Assembly: GCA_010015805.1 (NCBI GenBank)
Contig: ML978121.1
Coordinates: 1,736,001 to 1,800,000 of the forward strand
Reading direction: 5' to 3'
Source of the DNA: Rhizodiscina lignyota
Lineage: Eukaryota
Length of the DNA stretch: 64,000 nucleotides
The position numbers and the translations under genes are program-made. Numbering within the stretch: the first letter of the stretch is position 1; each line of letters begins with the position of its first letter. This document shows positions 46,787 through 58,898 of the stretch, in pieces. A model generated the notes under the pieces. It had not been told where the DNA came from. It made no database searches and was given only the letters and a program-made list of their open reading frames with translations.

Positions 46787-49684
46787 ATGGCTCCTCAAGC
46801 TGGCGTTGTTTCCATGCTTCCCCCCGAGCGACAACAGCACAAGCGGACGAAGTCGTCGTCAGTGATCAAATCTATCATCGCTCCGAAAGCGCACAAGAGG
46901 AATCCATCTCAAGACACGTACGGGTCTACTCAAGTATCTCAACAGATAGAGTCCCCGTATGGATATGGCAACAGCTCAACACCAATGCTGCCCGCAGACC
47001 ACCCACACTCTGGGCAGTCTGTGCTGGGAGAGATTGCGAATCACGGCAATGGGCCCGCGACTCCTCGAAAGTCGACCCAAGAGGCCAGAGGCAGACCAGA
47101 CGGACCGTACACGAGGCAGAAAAGCTCAGAGTCGACGGCTATGTTGGAAAAGGATGGTCGGCGTTCACGCCGGCAGAAAGACGACACGAAGCCAAAGAAG
47201 TCGAAGTCCTCTACGAACCTAACGAACCTCTTCTCAAAAAATCGGTCCTCGAAAGACCTTACCCAGCTAGCGAAACAACCGAGAGACAAGGAAAACACCA
47301 CGCCTCCTAGTTCAGCAACCGCAAATACTGCCCCAACTACTCCGATATGGGCTCAATTCGCTTCTCAGCAATTGGGCGTGCAAGAGCATAGCACAACACA
47401 AAAGATACCACTAAATGATGAATGGACGAGAGCTGATACTGAACTATACACCCCACAAGACTATTCTCCGAGCAAACAGAAGGACTATTTTGGTGTGGAA
47501 GAGCCTAGGCTTGCAAAGCGGACTATGAGACCAAAGAGTGTGGAGATGGGTTTGAGTTCGGCGAAGGCCTTTTTCCAACCCATTTCGAGCAAAAGCTCAG
47601 ATGAGCATCGTCAGAAGAATAACCAGGAGGATAAGCCCAAGAGGAGGCCAGAAGTTCCCAAGTTGGATACTCATCAGAACGACAGAACAAAGCTTACGGG
47701 AAATGCAACAACTCCAGCCTCGCCGGCGAAGAAAGGATCACGGGTCATGGCTGCAGTAGCAGCGTTCAATGGCAAGGCAAAGGACGCAGAGGCAGAATTT
47801 GCAATGGACCAAAAGAGTTTAGACGCGGCTTTCGAAGCAGTCCTTGATTCAAGAAACATTCCAGAACCAATGCGGCAGAAAATGCGGACGCTCAAGGCCA
47901 GTGTCAAGATGGATTTCATCCGGTCCGATAAGGTCGACGGCGCCCCGACTCCGACTGAAGCAACATCGCCGGAAAAGATCGCCAACAGAGATGATACACG
48001 CAGTGGATCGAAGAAATTCACAAAATCAAAGGGTTCATCGAAGAATGCGGAGGCTATTGATGATGGAGACCTTGACGATCGCCCTATGACCCCCAAGAGG
48101 GGCAGACCACGAAGCAGGACATTCACATTCAGCAAGGGTGACTCGTCACCATCCAAGAAGCATAAGGGAGGGGAGAGAGATGCCTCCACACACCGTCGGG
48201 ACAAGTCTGTCGACATCCCAAAGTCGCCATCAACGACCAGCCTCTCCGCGAGCCGCCATGCTGAGACCTCAACGAGATCTCAGAAGACTACTGCGCCGAG
48301 CGAGTTTGTACAGTATCTACACAACACGCCGAAGCCTCAGGACATCGAAGTTGGCAGGCTTCATAAACTCCGGTTGCTCCTTCGCAACGAGACTGTTGCT
48401 TGGGTTGACTCATTCATCTGCGAGGGGGGAATGACTGAAATCGTGGCATTGTTGCACCGAATAATGGAGATCGAATGGCGAGAAGAGCACGACGATGCTC
48501 TTCTTCATGAGGCCCTCCTATGCTTGAAAGGCCTGTGCACAACTGCTCTAGCACAGCAGAAGCTCTGCGAAGTTGAGACCACATTGTTTCCTTCGCTGCT
48601 AGGCATGCTTTTCGACAAAGAGCGCAAGGGACCGAGTGAATTCAACACTCGTGGGATCATCGTTAGCTTGCTTTGTAAGTTCATTTTCGACCGTTTGAAG
48701 ATGCCTTTCTCGTGTCTCCATATTGTGATTCCATGCTGACCTTTAGCAGTCACCCATCTCTGCTCGGCCTCATCCGCGCAACTACCCTCTCGTGCTCGAG
48801 CCATATTATCCTATCTCCGTGATCCAGCACCGCCAGAAGGATCAGGCCCGCTGCCTTTCGTACTGGACATGCACCAGCCAAGACCATACCGTGTCTGGTG
48901 CAAGGAGATTGTGGATGTTACCAAGGAGGTCTTTTGGATCTTCTTGCATCAGTTGAACGTCATCTCTCTTCCTTCAAATGCTGCGACGGTGGAACCAAAA
49001 GCCGTCGAGAAGACACCATCGCCAGGATCTACTCTATCCGGCGACAAGCCGTTGCCAAAGGTCCCGGCGACTACGACGTCGGGACTCTCTGACGTCTGGC
49101 TACCAGCTGATCCGTCACAACCTCGGCCAAACAGTTCATACAATGAACTCTCTTACACCAAGCGCCACTTCCCTCCTCCGCGGCCTCCCGTTCCAGCAGC
49201 GCCATATGTAGGTGGTGTCGAATGGGATGCGACAAACTACCTCGCGTCGCATCTCGACCTACTGAACGGCCTGCTCGCTTCACTCCCTGCGCAAGGTGAG
49301 CGAAATGAGCTGCGCAAGCTCACCAGAGATAGCGGGTTCGAAAAGGTTATGGGCGGTAACTTGCGCACATGCAAGGAGAAGTTCTACGGCTCCGTGCATT
49401 GTGCGCTGAGGACGTGGGTCGCTGCTGCTCATGATGATGAATGGGACATCAAAGATGTGAGGTTTGGGCCCAAGCTTGATGAACCAAAAAGCGTGAAGAG
49501 CAGTCCGAAGAAGAAAGCCGGTGAGAAGATGGAGAAGGCGCCGCAGTTGGAAGTTCCCAAGACAGACCTAAGTCCACTCGGGGGAGAATTGGGTCTAGAG
49601 ATTCCAAGTGGGGTTGTGATGATGAAGGAGACAGAGAACCTCCCAGATGGTTTGACAACAGATAATTGGACATTCGAGGTATAA
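46787..49684 (+). CDS. Formin GTPase-binding (Drf_GBD)/armadillo-type domain protein; intron at about 48675-48748
   Basis: FEAVLDSRNIPEPMRQKM, EVGRLHKLRLLLRNETVAWVDSFI, WREEHDD and APYVGGVEWDATNY. Confidence 0.8.
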
Positions 49685-50058
49685 TTGTCGAGGCGTACAC
49701 CGCTTTGAATGAGTAAAAGATTGCTATAACAATTTCCAGGCTTTGAGATTGGAGTAAAACGTTGGACGGCTGCTGATAATATTGTACGATTCGAGGCGCA
49801 TTGGTTCACACTTTCCAGCATGTCGGGTGTTGGCTCGCTGTACATATCTTACGATGCACTATGGGTAACGAGCAACGGCAGTTATCTTGCAGATCTCACG
49901 TTTCCATGCCATCATTTCATTGCTCGATGTGTCAAAGGAGTTTGCTCGTGTAATGCTTCATCTATCTCGTGGCTTTAGCTAGCATTCCAATGGAAAAAGA
50001 AAATCGTGCAATCACTCTACGTGTCGTCTAGATGCTCGACAGCTCGAAGCAGAAACTT

Positions 50059-50828
50059 TTAGACCTTCATCTCGCTGAGGCCGTGCTTCCAGACGGTAAC
50101 GAATGGTGTGACTCCGTCTTCGCGGTAGTTGAGAAGGATGACCCTAAGTTTGAGGTCAGCTGGATCCACCTTGGGGAAGGAGCAAAATTGTAAGAGTGTT
50201 CACATACATTCCATCAGGATCCATGGACTCGCCAATGAGGAATTCGTAGTCCTTGAAGTTGCTCACAATTTTCTTTGCGAAGCTCTGGGCACCGGTTTCG
50301 AAAGCCTTGACCTCGTCGTCGCTCGCGCCCTTTTCCTTCAGCGCAGCCTTGACCTTCTTCATGTAGTCTGTGCAAATTATTGATTAGCCTGATTCACAAA
50401 AACGCAGGCTCAAAATTCCCGCCACAATCCATAATCTGTGATGTCCATCGCTCTCAACGTACCCTTAAGATGTGTCAGATAGCTCTTCTTGTCGAAGCTC
50501 GTCTCGTTCAGGCGGAATGAGTGGACAACGTCAATGACTGTCTGGCTGGTGTCTTCGACGCCTTCCTCGCCTTCCTCAGCTGAGGGATTCGCGCCAATAT
50601 CGATGTTCTCGCCGCCGACGCTGATCTTCTTGCAATCCGCTTCGTAGACACAGCCATCGATTTCCTTGAGGTTGTAGCTGTCCGAGATGATCTCGTCGCC
50701 GGTGATGATGTCCTACATTGCGAAAGGTCAGCGAGCTGCGGCCTTGCGGTGTGTACGGCCGGGTCAAGATGTAACTTGGCCGCTTAATGATTGGGTGATG
50801 GGGATCGGCGCACCTTGTAGATGATCAT
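50059..50828 (-). CDS. TMA19: Translationally controlled tumour protein homolog; 4 exons
   Basis: [56 protein letters not shown] and [10 protein letters not shown]. Confidence 0.96.
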
Positions 50829-51284
50829 GTTGAAGGGTAGAGAGTGACCGATGTGAGGACGAAGGAGTGGAGACGGAGTCGACGTGGTGGGGGAGAAGTG
50901 AAGATGCGGTTGTGCGCCAACTGGAAATTCTATCAGTCGCGGGGTGCGGCGCCTTCCCTATCGTGGCCTAGTGCATTTTATATTCGCCCTACGCGGAAGC
51001 GTCATATTGAGCGCCCTCAGACCAGGCGCAATTCCATGTCATCCATTTCGCCCTTCTCTAATTCGTTCTTTTCTTCCCTCGCTCCTTCCTTTGTTTAATT
51101 GCTCTCCCCTATATCTTTAAATCCTCCTTCCTCCGGGGCGATCCGCTCCAAGCCGGAATCCAAATCTCCGAGTCGAATGATTCACACGCGACTTGCCACC
51201 GACGTCCGCACCCCTTAAAAGTCCCCGAACTTCGAATTCACGCGCACGCATTTCTTCAAGCGCTTCGCGAGGCGGTTTGCAACC

Positions 51285-52776
51285 ATGAACGCAACCACAT
51301 ACCCTGAGCTGCCGCCTCTCCCATATTACCAGCTCAAACCCGTCCCTCCGCTCATTCCGCCGATCGACGATGCGTACCTCGCCCTCGCCCTGCCCATTAT
51401 CGCGTACTGGGCAGTATCTATGATATTCCACATGATCGATGTATACGACCTCTTTCCGCAGTACCGACTACATACTCCCGCAGAACTCCTGAGCCGGAAT
51501 CACGTCTCGAGATTCGACGTTTTCCGCGATGTCATCCTGCAGCAGATCATCCAAACCGCTGTTGGACTGGTTCTAGCATGGACGGATCCGGAGCAGATGT
51601 TTGGAAGGGAGGATTACGATGTCAAATTGTGGGCGCAGCGGATCCGGATCGCGCAGCGTGCGATTCCTTCTATACTGGCTGCTCTGGGCCTGGATGCCGT
51701 GTCGTTCGCAGACCAAATCAATAGCAAACATCCTTATCCAGCTGGTATTCTGAGGGGAGGACATTATCCAGGTCTTCTGCAGACGGTCAATTTCAATGGA
51801 GTCATCATGTCTGCACCAGCATTCGCGCCTTGGGAACTACTGGTCGCAAAGGCTATCTACTGGGTTTTGATTCCAGCGTTCCAATTCGCATTTGCGGTCT
51901 GCTGCATGGACACATGGCAATACTTCTGGCACAGGGCTATGCATCTTAATAAGTGGATGTATAGTATGTTCATCATCCCTTCATTTCCAAGGTTGATGCT
52001 AACAGGTCACCACAGCAACACTACACTCCCGCCATCACCGTCTATACGTGCCATATGCCTACGGCGCTCTTTACAATCACCCCGTCGAAGGTTTCCTGCT
52101 CGACACGTTAGGTGCAGGCGTCTCGTACATGCTTGCTCGTATGACGACCCGTCAAGCTATGGTCTTCTTCACGTTTAGCACAATCAAGACAGTCGATGAC
52201 CATTGTGGCTATTCGCTGCCATGGGACCCGCTACAGATGATCACAGGCAACAACGCTGGATACCATGATGTACACCACCAGAGCTGGGGCATAAAGACGA
52301 ATTTCTCGCAACCATTCTTCACCATCTGGGATCGTATCATGGGTACCATGTGGACCGGTGGCGATATTTCGGCTCGTTACGAACGTTCGAGGAAAGCTGC
52401 CGAGGCAAAAATGGGCATGAAGAAGGGTCCTATCACAGGGTCGAAGCCATCAGATAGCCTTGATGCCGATGACGACGAGCTAGACCCGATCGCAGCAGGG
52501 CTTGCAGAACTTCCACCTGCCGCTCCTCAAGGCAAGGCGAGATTCCAAGCGGCCGAGTCGAGAAGGCAGGTACTTGGGGATACAGAAGGGGGTGGAGCGG
52601 CTGTATTGGCTGAAGAGGCGGCAGAGGAGGAGCGAGAAGTACGTTTAGTGAGGAGGACGCCGAGAAAGAGGTCGAGCCCTCCTACTGCAGAAGGGAGCTT
52701 AAAGGGGCTAAAAGAAAGGGTTGGCGCAAGCTTGCATGGCAACGTTGGAGGCGTATTAATGGACAAGAGCCGGTAA
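51285..52776 (+). CDS. SUR2: Sphinganine C4-hydroxylase; intron at about 51964-52015
   Basis: DTWQYFWHRAMH, HSRHHRLYVPYAYGALYNHPVEG, KTVDDHCGY and YHDVHHQSWGIKTNFSQPFF His boxes. Confidence 0.94.
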
Positions 52777-53300
52777 TCATAGATGCGGAGTCACTTGATG
52801 GGTGGGTTTGTACCTTGTACTAATATGTATGCTTCATTGAGTGTACCACGATTCGCTTCTGCAGGCAGCTGAACGGGCTTAGATTCATCGTTTCTGTGTA
52901 TATATTTTAGCATATAGCGCTGCTCTTGGTAACCGTCTCGTCACTCGCTGTATCATATCTTCTGTTGCACGAAGAAGCCATCTCAACTGCCCAGCCTTTG
53001 AGCGCAATGAACGCTACTTCGTACGTAGCCTAGCTCCAGGAAAAGTGCACGATGATCGTGGGGCGCCCTTGCAGAAGCGGGGCGCACTAGTGCAAGCCAC
53101 CTTTGAGCGACGCGGACGTCAACCGCAGACGATCACCAGAGCTTGCGTAGCCCACTTCCTCTGCACCAGCCCGCTACGTCTTCCGATCTGTTTGCTTCTG
53201 CTCTTTCAAAGCTTCGCGCGTTCAGCAATCTTCTACACGCTCGTTTTATGAAGCATTCGTTTCAATTGAGGATGCGAGGCTACGCACCCTCACTCTCTCC

Positions 53301-55748
53301 ATGATGGTCAGTCCTAAAGTTTGCTTAACGTACCTATTCCCACTACCTACAACTGGCAGAGCTTCAAACGGACATGGCTTCAGAAGCTACTGCTCTCCGG
53401 CTTTACCAACTCAGCCTGAAAAGTGTATGGCGCTCTCAAGGCTGAAGCTATTAGAACCCAAGGCTGTGCTCCGCTTCGAGTGGACGCGTCCTCGAAGCAA
53501 ACTCGCTCCCACTCATCATTGTGATATGGCTGGAGCTGACTATCATTAGGCCGCCCTTCTATTCTGCCTCGTTTTTCTATTTTCTCTTCGCACCAACGCA
53601 CAATTTCCCCCTCGACCGAAATACACGGCTGTCATCAAATCGCCAGTAGATTCGAACATAACCATCTCTTACCGCACACCCGACCCAGGCACCTGTACTA
53701 CCATCTTTCCGTCGCAGAAGCAATACTCCGGTTATGTCAACATACCACCCCACACTCTTGCCCCAATCCAGCAAGGCTATTCGATTAATACGTTTTTCTG
53801 GTTCTTCGAATCACGCGTAAACCCTGAGACGGCTCCTCTAACAATTTACCTGAATGGAGGCCCCGGCAGCTCCTCCATGGTCGGTTTGTTTCAGGAGGTT
53901 GGGCCATGCGAAGTTGTACAGCTAGCGGATGGTTCATACGGCACACAGGCACGAATGTGGGGATGGGACAGAACCTCTAATCTGCTGTTCTTTGACCAGC
54001 CCGCTCAAGTGGGATTGTCGTATGATCGGATGACGAACGGCTCGTACAATTTGACGGATGGTGAATTCACAACGCCACCTAAGCCCTTGACAGGTGGTCT
54101 TCCTGCGTTCACCTTTCTCAACGGAACGTTCGGATCGGACAATGGAAGCTCTACGGCAAACACGACCCAGATCGCTGCCCACGCTGTTTGGCATTTTCTT
54201 CAAGGATTTCTTTCCGCATTCCCACAATACAATCCAGGAGTTGATGAAAATGCTACTACTGTCAATCCGACGGGCATTAACTTGTTTACGGAGAGTTACG
54301 GCGGCGTCTATGGGCCAGTTTTCTCCGAGCTCTTTGAGGATAAGAATCAGCAACGGCTGGATGGCACCATCTCAGAGAATGCTACGCTTGAGATAGCGTT
54401 GGAGACCTTGGGCATCATCAATGGCCTCGTTGAGCAGGAGGTGCAAAATCCGTTCTATTCACAGTTTGCTTACAACAACACTTTCGGCATCCAAGCGATC
54501 ACACAGACTGAGATGCTCAATACCTTGGCTCAACTCAATGGCGAGGGAGGTTGCCAACAGCAGCTTCAAGACTGTCGAAGGAGAGCTGCCGCCATGGACC
54601 CGGGAGATGAAGGAGACGATATTGACACGAATTTTGCTTGCTACAATGCACAGATGTCATGTCTGGGGATCCAGAGCGTCTACCAAACCAGCAATAGGAG
54701 TGTTTACGACATTCGGCAAGCTAATCCCAACCCTTTTCCCTCTCTGGCCTACATCGAGTACCTTAACAACGCATCTGTGCAGGCCTCGATCGGCGCTGGT
54801 ATCAACTACACGGAGAGCAATGAACTGATTTATCAGGTCTTCTGGTCAACAGGAGACATGATTCGCTCTTCTCAGCTCACATCTTTGGCCGCCCTTCTTG
54901 CTCGCGGCATTCGAATAGCGTTCATATACGGAGATGCAGACTACATCTGCAACTGGATGGGTGGTGAAGCTGTCTCACTCGCACTTGCACAGCAAAACCT
55001 TCCATCGCCGCCAGGAGAGCAGTATCCTGCTTACATAGCTTCTCCCTACGCTACGAAGTTTCCCCAGGCTGGCTATGCCGACGTCGTCACGAACAGCTCA
55101 TATGTTGGCGGCGCTGTGAGGCAATATGGCAACCTCTCGTTCACACGAGTCTACGATGCAGGTCATCTGGTCGCGGCATACCAGCCGGAGACTGCGTTCA
55201 CCCTCTTTACGAGAATCATACAAGGAGTCGACATCAGCACAGGACAGCCGATAGATCCAAATACCTGGTCAAGCCAGGGGCCAGCGAACGCAACGCACGA
55301 CAACAGCAAAACGCACGGCAGCAGCAACCTGGGTGCCCAGCCGACTTGCTGGATCCGTGGCATCAGTTCATCGTGCACGGAAGACCAGCAACAAGCTATC
55401 CTCCAAGGCCAAGGCAGCGTTGTGGCGGGCGTATGGTATCCGGAGCAGGACGACTTCAAAGCTCCCAGCACCACCATACAAGCCGGATCGCCAGGCAGTC
55501 CGGTGAATGTGAGCTTCGGCACCGAAACTGCTGGTGGAACATCCAGTAGTTCCGATTCAAATGAGGGGACGAGCGTTGTCGGTGTCGTGGGCGCGCAGCA
55601 GGGCGACCAACCTACTGGAGTGTATGTGGCGACGGGTACGCCGAAGAGCGATGCTTCGGCTCCCGGAGAGCGAATGGCTAGTATCGCGATAGTCTTGATT
55701 GGATTCTGGACAAGCTTCGCGGTCTTGGTTGGAGTAATGGTAATGTGA
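53301..55748 (+). CDS. Serine carboxypeptidase (S10, carboxypeptidase S1-like), secreted and probably GPI- or TM-anchored; exons 53301-53306 and 53550-55748
   Basis: NGGPGSSS, FTESYGG (Ser), GDADYICNW (Asp) and DAGHLV (His). Signal peptide MMAALLFCLVFLFSLRTNA is obtained with a 6-nt first coding exon. Ser/Thr/Gly-rich stalk and hydrophobic C-terminus. Confidence 0.9.
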
Positions 55749-55952
55749 AAATGGCTTTCTAGACTTGATACCCATTGATTAGGCATAGCATGGATAACCA
55801 ATAAAAGTTTCTGGTTCATGAGCATAGCGAATTTGATGAGGAGATCTTGTTAAACTAAGAATCTGATGCTCTGGCACAATGTGTAACTGGCAAAGAAGCC
55901 GAAGACGTCAAACATCTACATACTATAGTCACCTCGCGAAAAGACTGCACCA

Positions 55953-56049
55953 CCGAATGATGATAGTATTCAATTGGATGGCAGTGCTGTACGCAAATGA
56001 GGCACGGAAGTGATAGCATCGTCGACCACCATTTCAGGGCACTGATCGG
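55953..56049 (+). ncRNA. Candidate box C/D snoRNA
   Basis: Box C ATGATGA (55957-55963), box D CTGA (56042-56045), flanking stem CCGA/TCGG, internal D'/C'-like ATGA..GTGATAG; intergenic. Confidence 0.4.
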
Positions 56050-56613
56050 CTTTGATGTATAGCCTTTGTAGCTTATAAGCCTACAAATATTTCAACGGTA
56101 TGCTACCTCTATACGTACTCCTAATAAAATATAGTCAGGCTGTCTGGGATAGTCTCGATTACTTTGAAATGTAGCAACTGCTGAACCTTCGGCTTTCCAA
56201 CTTTGGCGGCGGCCAATTGTTTGGTAACCCTCAAGAGAAGGAGTGGCAAATTAGACTATGTTCCTCCAGTACCTGTGCGAGCGCTAGAAGACACTGGGGA
56301 CGCTGATTCTTGCGCACTAGACTCATCCTGCTCAGGAGTGGAGGAAGTAAACATCGCAAGTTGTACAGGTCACAACATCTTCCGCCATGGTTGGCAAAGC
56401 GTTTTCGATAGATTGGAATCTATGCACCTCGATCAGAGCGCAGAACGCTAGCTAGCTTCCACCACTACGAGTAAATCTGCGTCTCTGAATCGCAATAAGC
56501 GTACACTTCTTGTCCCATTATCGGCTCAATCGGGCGACAGTTCCTCAGTTCTTGCTAGATCTTCCCAGTCAGCAAAACTGCAAGATTTGGCTGAATTTGC
56601 TCATCCTCTCCAC

Positions 56614-57747
56614 TCAAAGCACCGTCCCGAATCCAAATGTCATCTTGATACTTCGCACGTAATACTCTCCCCAATTCCTCCTCGTCACCTCCTCCTCGCC
56701 GGTCGGCACACCCTTCCACTCCACCCTCATCACCGTCACATGATCCACGTTGTTTTGCTCAAATTTGAGGTGCAGATCGCTGTAATGTCCTTCGGGCCAC
56801 TGCCGCAATCGCCACTTCTGCCGTATTTCTGTCAGTGGATTCAGCTCCACGTACTCGCCGCTCACATTGCCGCCAAAGAGGCTGAACTTTCCACCAGGAT
56901 TAGCACCCTCGAATACTGTTGGCGGTGCGCGTGTGAAAGCGGCAAGCCGTTGTGGGTCGGTGAATGTGGCGTATAACTCTTCTGCTGATGTGCGGAATTC
57001 GGTTGAATCTGTGAGCGTTGTGACATTCACCGCGGGGCCTTTGCCGGATTGGGAGGTTGATGTTGTGGTTCCCTCTTTGGAAGGCTCGCTTGACTTGGAG
57101 ACATGCGAGTTGGACAGGTATTTTGGTGTCGAGAAGCCTGATGAAGGGTTGGAGCCGGGCGCGTGCTGGATGTCCTTACCATGCTCCGCGATCAGCGCCG
57201 GTCCCAGAGTCTGGAGCTTTTTGCGTATTTGTGGTGTCAGTTTTGAGCGAACGAGGTCTTTCAAGGGAGCCATTTCCGATGACTCAGAGTAGAGTGCGAT
57301 TTCGAACTGCGGCATATAGTCAGCAGCTGGCCGTGCTTCTTCCTATAACTTTGCGAGAGCCAAGGGAAACGTACAACGTACTCGTCTTCCTCCGTATCAT
57401 GCGCAACCTCTGGAATCGTGATCGAGCCCATCTCTTCCTTCTCCTTGTCTTCGTCGAGCTTTATCTTGCCTAAGCTATTCGTCAGCTCCTCTTGTAACAT
57501 TTGCAAGGCATTTTCGCTGCGCACCTTGATATTCGAGCACCAATCGCACGTCGAATAGTGTGATAACCTTGCCCTTTCTCTGACTCACGTCCACATCTCC
57601 ATCCATTGTCGATATGCGCTCGATCTTCACACTTGTGTCACCTTCCTCTGCCGACAGCCCGACGAGCTCCTTCTCCAGGTACTCCTTCGCCCATCCTGAT
57701 ACATCTTTATTGACCCAATGCCAGTTGTTCGGATTGTGAAGGACCAT
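56614..57747 (-). CDS. AHA1: Activator of Hsp90 ATPase; 3 exons
   Basis: MVLHNPNNWHWVNKD, DVSQRKGKVITLFD, EHGKDIQH and C-terminal START-like domain ending YYVRSIKMTFGFG. Confidence 0.95.
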
Positions 57748-58898
57748 CGTGTGTAGGCAGCGCCGCGAAGCGTTCAGGCACAATTGAATGTGGACTGATG
57801 GGGCAATTCTACGAACTGAATGTTAGATTGTGACTTGGTCTTGAGGTCGGCATTCTGATAATTAAGATGACTGATCAGGAAACGCAAATGTTTGCAAAAG
57901 CTATTCCGCAGCAAAAAGAGTACAAGTCTTTCTCGGACTGGTGCCAGCACGATTCTCATCATTCAATTGAGGGTAATCTATACGCAGGATGAATAGTAGC
58001 TTTGTGATTCACTCACCTGGAGTCTATGCGCGTGTGAGATATTCAGCGAGAGAGATTCCGGAATACAGAAACGCCTTGATCGCCAGAAAGAAAGCCGAGA
58101 TGTTGTGGGATGTTTGATGGATTTCCTGGTGGAGGCTGTAGAAAGTGCTAGATTAATTGCATGGATTCCATGCCGGTGCACATCGGTGCGCTTAATGTTC
58201 CGATGCCAGGGTTAGGGTTTGCAAACGAGCTAGCGTGAACAGAAATTCATCCTTCCGTTCAACCTCTTGTTCATTCGCTCTGTCTTCTACAATCGTACCT
58301 GATCTACTCTTAAGACTATCCCTCGATTATTATTATGTTAATGAAAACCTTCCCTTATATACTTAGTATATAGATGTGCCGGAAGATTTAACTTAACAAC
58401 GTAGGAAGGTTCATCTGCCCGTAGAGAGCTCGACGCTTGAAAGGCGAAAGTGAGTAGGAGAGCTGTTAGATGCGAATAGCGCGTATTAAACGTCTCTTCC
58501 CGCGTTCGGCGACAATGTTCCATTTGTGGTCTTGAGCTGGGTATGCACGTTTGCATTTGAGACAAGAACAAACTGACGATATTGAGTGTGGAGACGTTCT
58601 TCGCAATGGCGGCTTCACAATTTTTCAGTCATACATTCAGTAGCATGAGAAACAAACAAGAAAGAAAGAGGAGTCCCAGACAAAGAGTGAAGAAAATCTC
58701 TTAAGTTTGGGTGCAAGCAGCTCTGCCCTGCTCCTGCCTGTCTTTTTCGCTATCACGTCGTAAATGCCAAATCGGGTTGAAATCTGAGATTGCAACCTTT
58801 CTCTCATTACGATTTTCATCTTGATTCAACCATAGGCACTGCCACCGTCGTCTCACTCTGATCTTCTTTCACAGTGGTGTTCCACTTCTGGGTTGGGA

